Assembly (NCBI GenBank): GCA_030390025.1
Contig: CM059438.1
Span: 69,814,001-69,878,000, forward strand
DNA length: 64,000 nucleotides
Direction of reading: 5' to 3'
Origin: Squalus acanthias
Taxonomy: Eukaryota
Of this stretch, positions 61,011 to 64,000 are shown piece by piece. Each line of letters starts with the position of its first letter. Within the stretch, counting starts at the first letter, position 1. The notes under the pieces are model-generated. The model did not search any database, was not told where the DNA came from, and worked only from the letters and a program-made list of their open reading frames with translations. A program made the position numbers and the translations under genes.

Positions 61011-63285
61011 AACAGCTTGGTTGTGCGTGTAATAGGCTGATGACGAGGTTCATATATGAATAACGATCCCCTGAGTAGGGCAGAGTAGGCTGCCAGTACT
61101 GATGGAGTTGTACCCCAGCAGGAGTCGGCATCTTCAGGACAAGGGGAACAAAATCCGGGAGAGAGAAAAAATATTGCGGGGAGGGGGCAGAGAAATTTTC
61201 AAACTCTTAGACGGTCTTGCAGCATTTACTTTGGTCATTGTACTTCTTCTCATCTTCGTCATGCTCGTAGCTGAAATGTAAACTCCACAAACAGATGTTG
61301 GCTGACACAATAAAGTTTTATGTCATTCTGCATTGAATACGTTTGATGTATAATGTAAATGAGCCACTTAACTGATGCAAATGATGCGAGTTCACAAAGC
61401 CTGGTGAAAGTAAGGATACAAAATCGCAGGCAACATACAGCACAGGAGGCCACACGTCAATGAAATGGAAGTTCTGAATGAAGGCCACTGTCATTTGTTC
61501 ACTGAATTGTTCCTCTGAGAAAAGCATGATTATCGCAATAGAGTCATTGACCCTAAGCACTTAGCAAGGTGTAAATTGCATCACAGAAAAAGATCAAAGT
61601 TGCTCCAAAAGAACATTAACATAATTGCTATGAAGACCGAGCAAATTGGTGTGCAAATATTCCCACAGAAGTGTGATGACAAGACTTCTCTTCTGAGGTA
61701 GCCTCAGAACCTGGTAAGTGACAGAATAATTTGTGTCATTTGCCATTATAAGCTCAAATTTTCATTGTGAGGTTATCTAAAGTGCACGATTATGTGCATG
61801 TCAACAATGACGTCGTAAATCCCGTACAGAACAGAAAATCCTGAAAATCCTCAGCATGTCATGTCCTGGCTCTCATTTGTTATATTCACAGTTGTTGAAG
61901 AACTTGTCCTGTCTTCGACAATAATGTAATTGTCGACAAATGTGAAGTTGATGCAGAGCTTGGAGTCAACTATCTCTCTTGTTTTCATGGGCGATCCCAC
62001 ACCAGTCACTGAATGGCTGCAGGCAGCCTCAAACTGTCAGAAGGTGATGAAAACACCACAGTCATACAGCCCTTGTGTTTCACTAGGAAGAAGGGGCAAC
62101 ACAGATATCCACATGACCTGGAGCCCAGTTAGGTGACTCTGCTGCCCTGTGGTCGAAGGACACTTTAGCTGATGTTGACTTCTCTGTGGTATTGTATCTG
62201 GGCTCTGCAATTAAAGCTGGACAGTCACATGTGGAATAGGAGACACACCAGTCTGACTGTACATTTGCTGACCCTTCTACAACCCCACTTCCTACCCACA
62301 GCATGCTGGAGGAGACCATTTGCTTGTTGAATGAGGCAAAATGTCTATGCTACTGTGCAGTCTGGAAGCTGCTAGATGCACATTGATGTAGCACCTTTGC
62401 ACAGCATTGTGCATTTTCTCCGGGCTCAGTTGGTGGAGCAGACTATCTCAATATGCTCGTGACACTGGCATCTACTCGACAATGTTCAAAGCTCCCTTTT
62501 GGGGTCTGAAAAACAAGCTGCAAGGATACAGAGTTTGCATAAATCCTTGTCCATGGTCCCCCATCTAATGTGCTCTTTGATCCTGAGTGTTGCCCTGTGT
62601 CGGATTGTCTGAGTGATGGACCCTTTTGCGGTTCAGCAGCCTGTCCTTAAAACATTTGGTGAAAAAGACCAAATGTAAATAGGTTTAATGTACAGTTACT
62701 TGAAATATGTCAGTAAGAATTACTATTGTATAATATTTTTTCATCACAGCTGTTTTTCCCATTTTTCTAAAACAAGGAAATTAAGATTACCTAATAATAA
62801 AACTTTGCACTAAACTCTTTATAATCACAGCTAACTGTCAAATATTAATTCTGAGAAAATGATGCATGGAGAAGCAAACTAATTTGTATTTTTTTTTTCA
62901 TTTTTAAATTAATATTTATTTATACTGTTATGCAAATTGGAATTGAAACTTCTGTCTTGTACTTTTCCTCAAAATTTACTTTGGCTTCCCGCCTGGCTTT
63001 GCGTTTCAAAGCAGGATCCCTAAAAACATCTTGTTCACAATTGTCTTATCCAGGGAATTGTAAACTGAGTACCTGCTTGGCATCAGGTGGTTGTAGTTGT
63101 TCACTTTCACAAAGGACTAGATCTTGGACATCTTGGCCACATTCCTCTTGCCCATTTTGGCAGTCACTTTACAAGGGTAAGGATCATTACCAGTAACAAG
63201 GCAATGATTGTAAGGCCTGTCAGAGGTTCCATCATCGATGTTGGATGGCACCTTTGAGTCCAGCATTATGTACTGAGAAAAGAAT

Positions 63286-63998
63286 GACCCAGAATTGCCC
63301 ACAAAGATCTCGCAAACTGTGTCGCAAAAGCTTTAGCTTTCTCAATGTTAATTTGATTGTAGCGCTGTCTATAGGGGATCTCCAGCATCCAGCAGCAGTG
63401 ATGTCATCAAGCTGGCTAAGCAGCCAATCACATTGAAGAATTCTCTCAGACAGCAAACCAGGAAATAAAAAGCAGCTTTTATCATTCACTTTTTAAATGT
63501 TTTACAGAGAGCGAAATAAAGATTGGGACATACACATGAGGGTAAAGGTAGAAGCTGAAATATCATAAACTTCAAAAAAATATAATTATTTTAAAAATCT
63601 AGTAATTGTTATAATAATGGAGAAATTTGACATTTCACAAATATAAAATTAGTTTTTCAGGGCCAAAATGGTTGTTCAGCAGTACTTATTACTCAGAATG
63701 CTGTTAAAAACCCAGTTACACCTCATTAAACAAAGCTTAACTTTTTTGGGGGTTTTTAACAGCGATATTAGAGCAGAAAAGGAGAAGTTTTCGTCAGTTC
63801 AAGTGATTTCACTAATTGCCGGCTCCAGGGAATTCCACAGCACAACCTGTGGTGGAGCAGGAAATGACTGACCGCAACTTCAGGATTTCTGTGTTTATCT
63901 ACGCATGCGCTAAATCCTGAAGTTACAGTCCATTTCAGAGGGGTAATGATGGTGAATGCTGACAGTTTAGCCATCATTACCATCGCAAAATCTGGGCC
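63286..63998. mobile_element. PIF/Harbinger-like MITE
   Basis: Termini GACCCAGAATTGC / GCAAAATCTGGGCC; AAT on the left and AA at the window edge on the right. Confidence 0.75.
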
Positions 63999-64000
63999 AA

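Overview
Vertebrate nuclear DNA, almost certainly from a shark or ray. This is inferred from recalled repeat families: HE1-type V-SINEs, SacSINE1/AmnSINE1-like DeuSINEs and shark-type CR1 LINEs. I find no intact host protein-coding gene, rRNA, genuine tRNA or CRISPR. Nearly all informative ORFs are broken pieces of retroelements. The window reads as a large intron or gene desert. It holds many CR1, L2 and second-family APE-RT LINE fragments (often nested), SINEs, PIF/Harbinger-like and hAT-like MITEs, one 1.2 kb solo LTR, possible old Gypsy debris and several repeat-free blocks that look like conserved enhancers. The most striking system is a set of Penelope-like (PLE) fold-back insertions. 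They run from a GIY-YIG-bearing copy with ~370 bp inverted arms down to ~200 bp non-coding hairpins, each with a 12-15 bp target-site duplication. They carry two different families of minimal type I hammerhead ribozyme motifs whose stems covary. An orphan RTE-type 5' UTR with a multi-pseudoknot fold and a MITE carrying a promoter-plus-splice-donor cassette also stand out. Family names come from memory of consensus sequences, not from database searches, and boundaries of degenerate copies are approximate.
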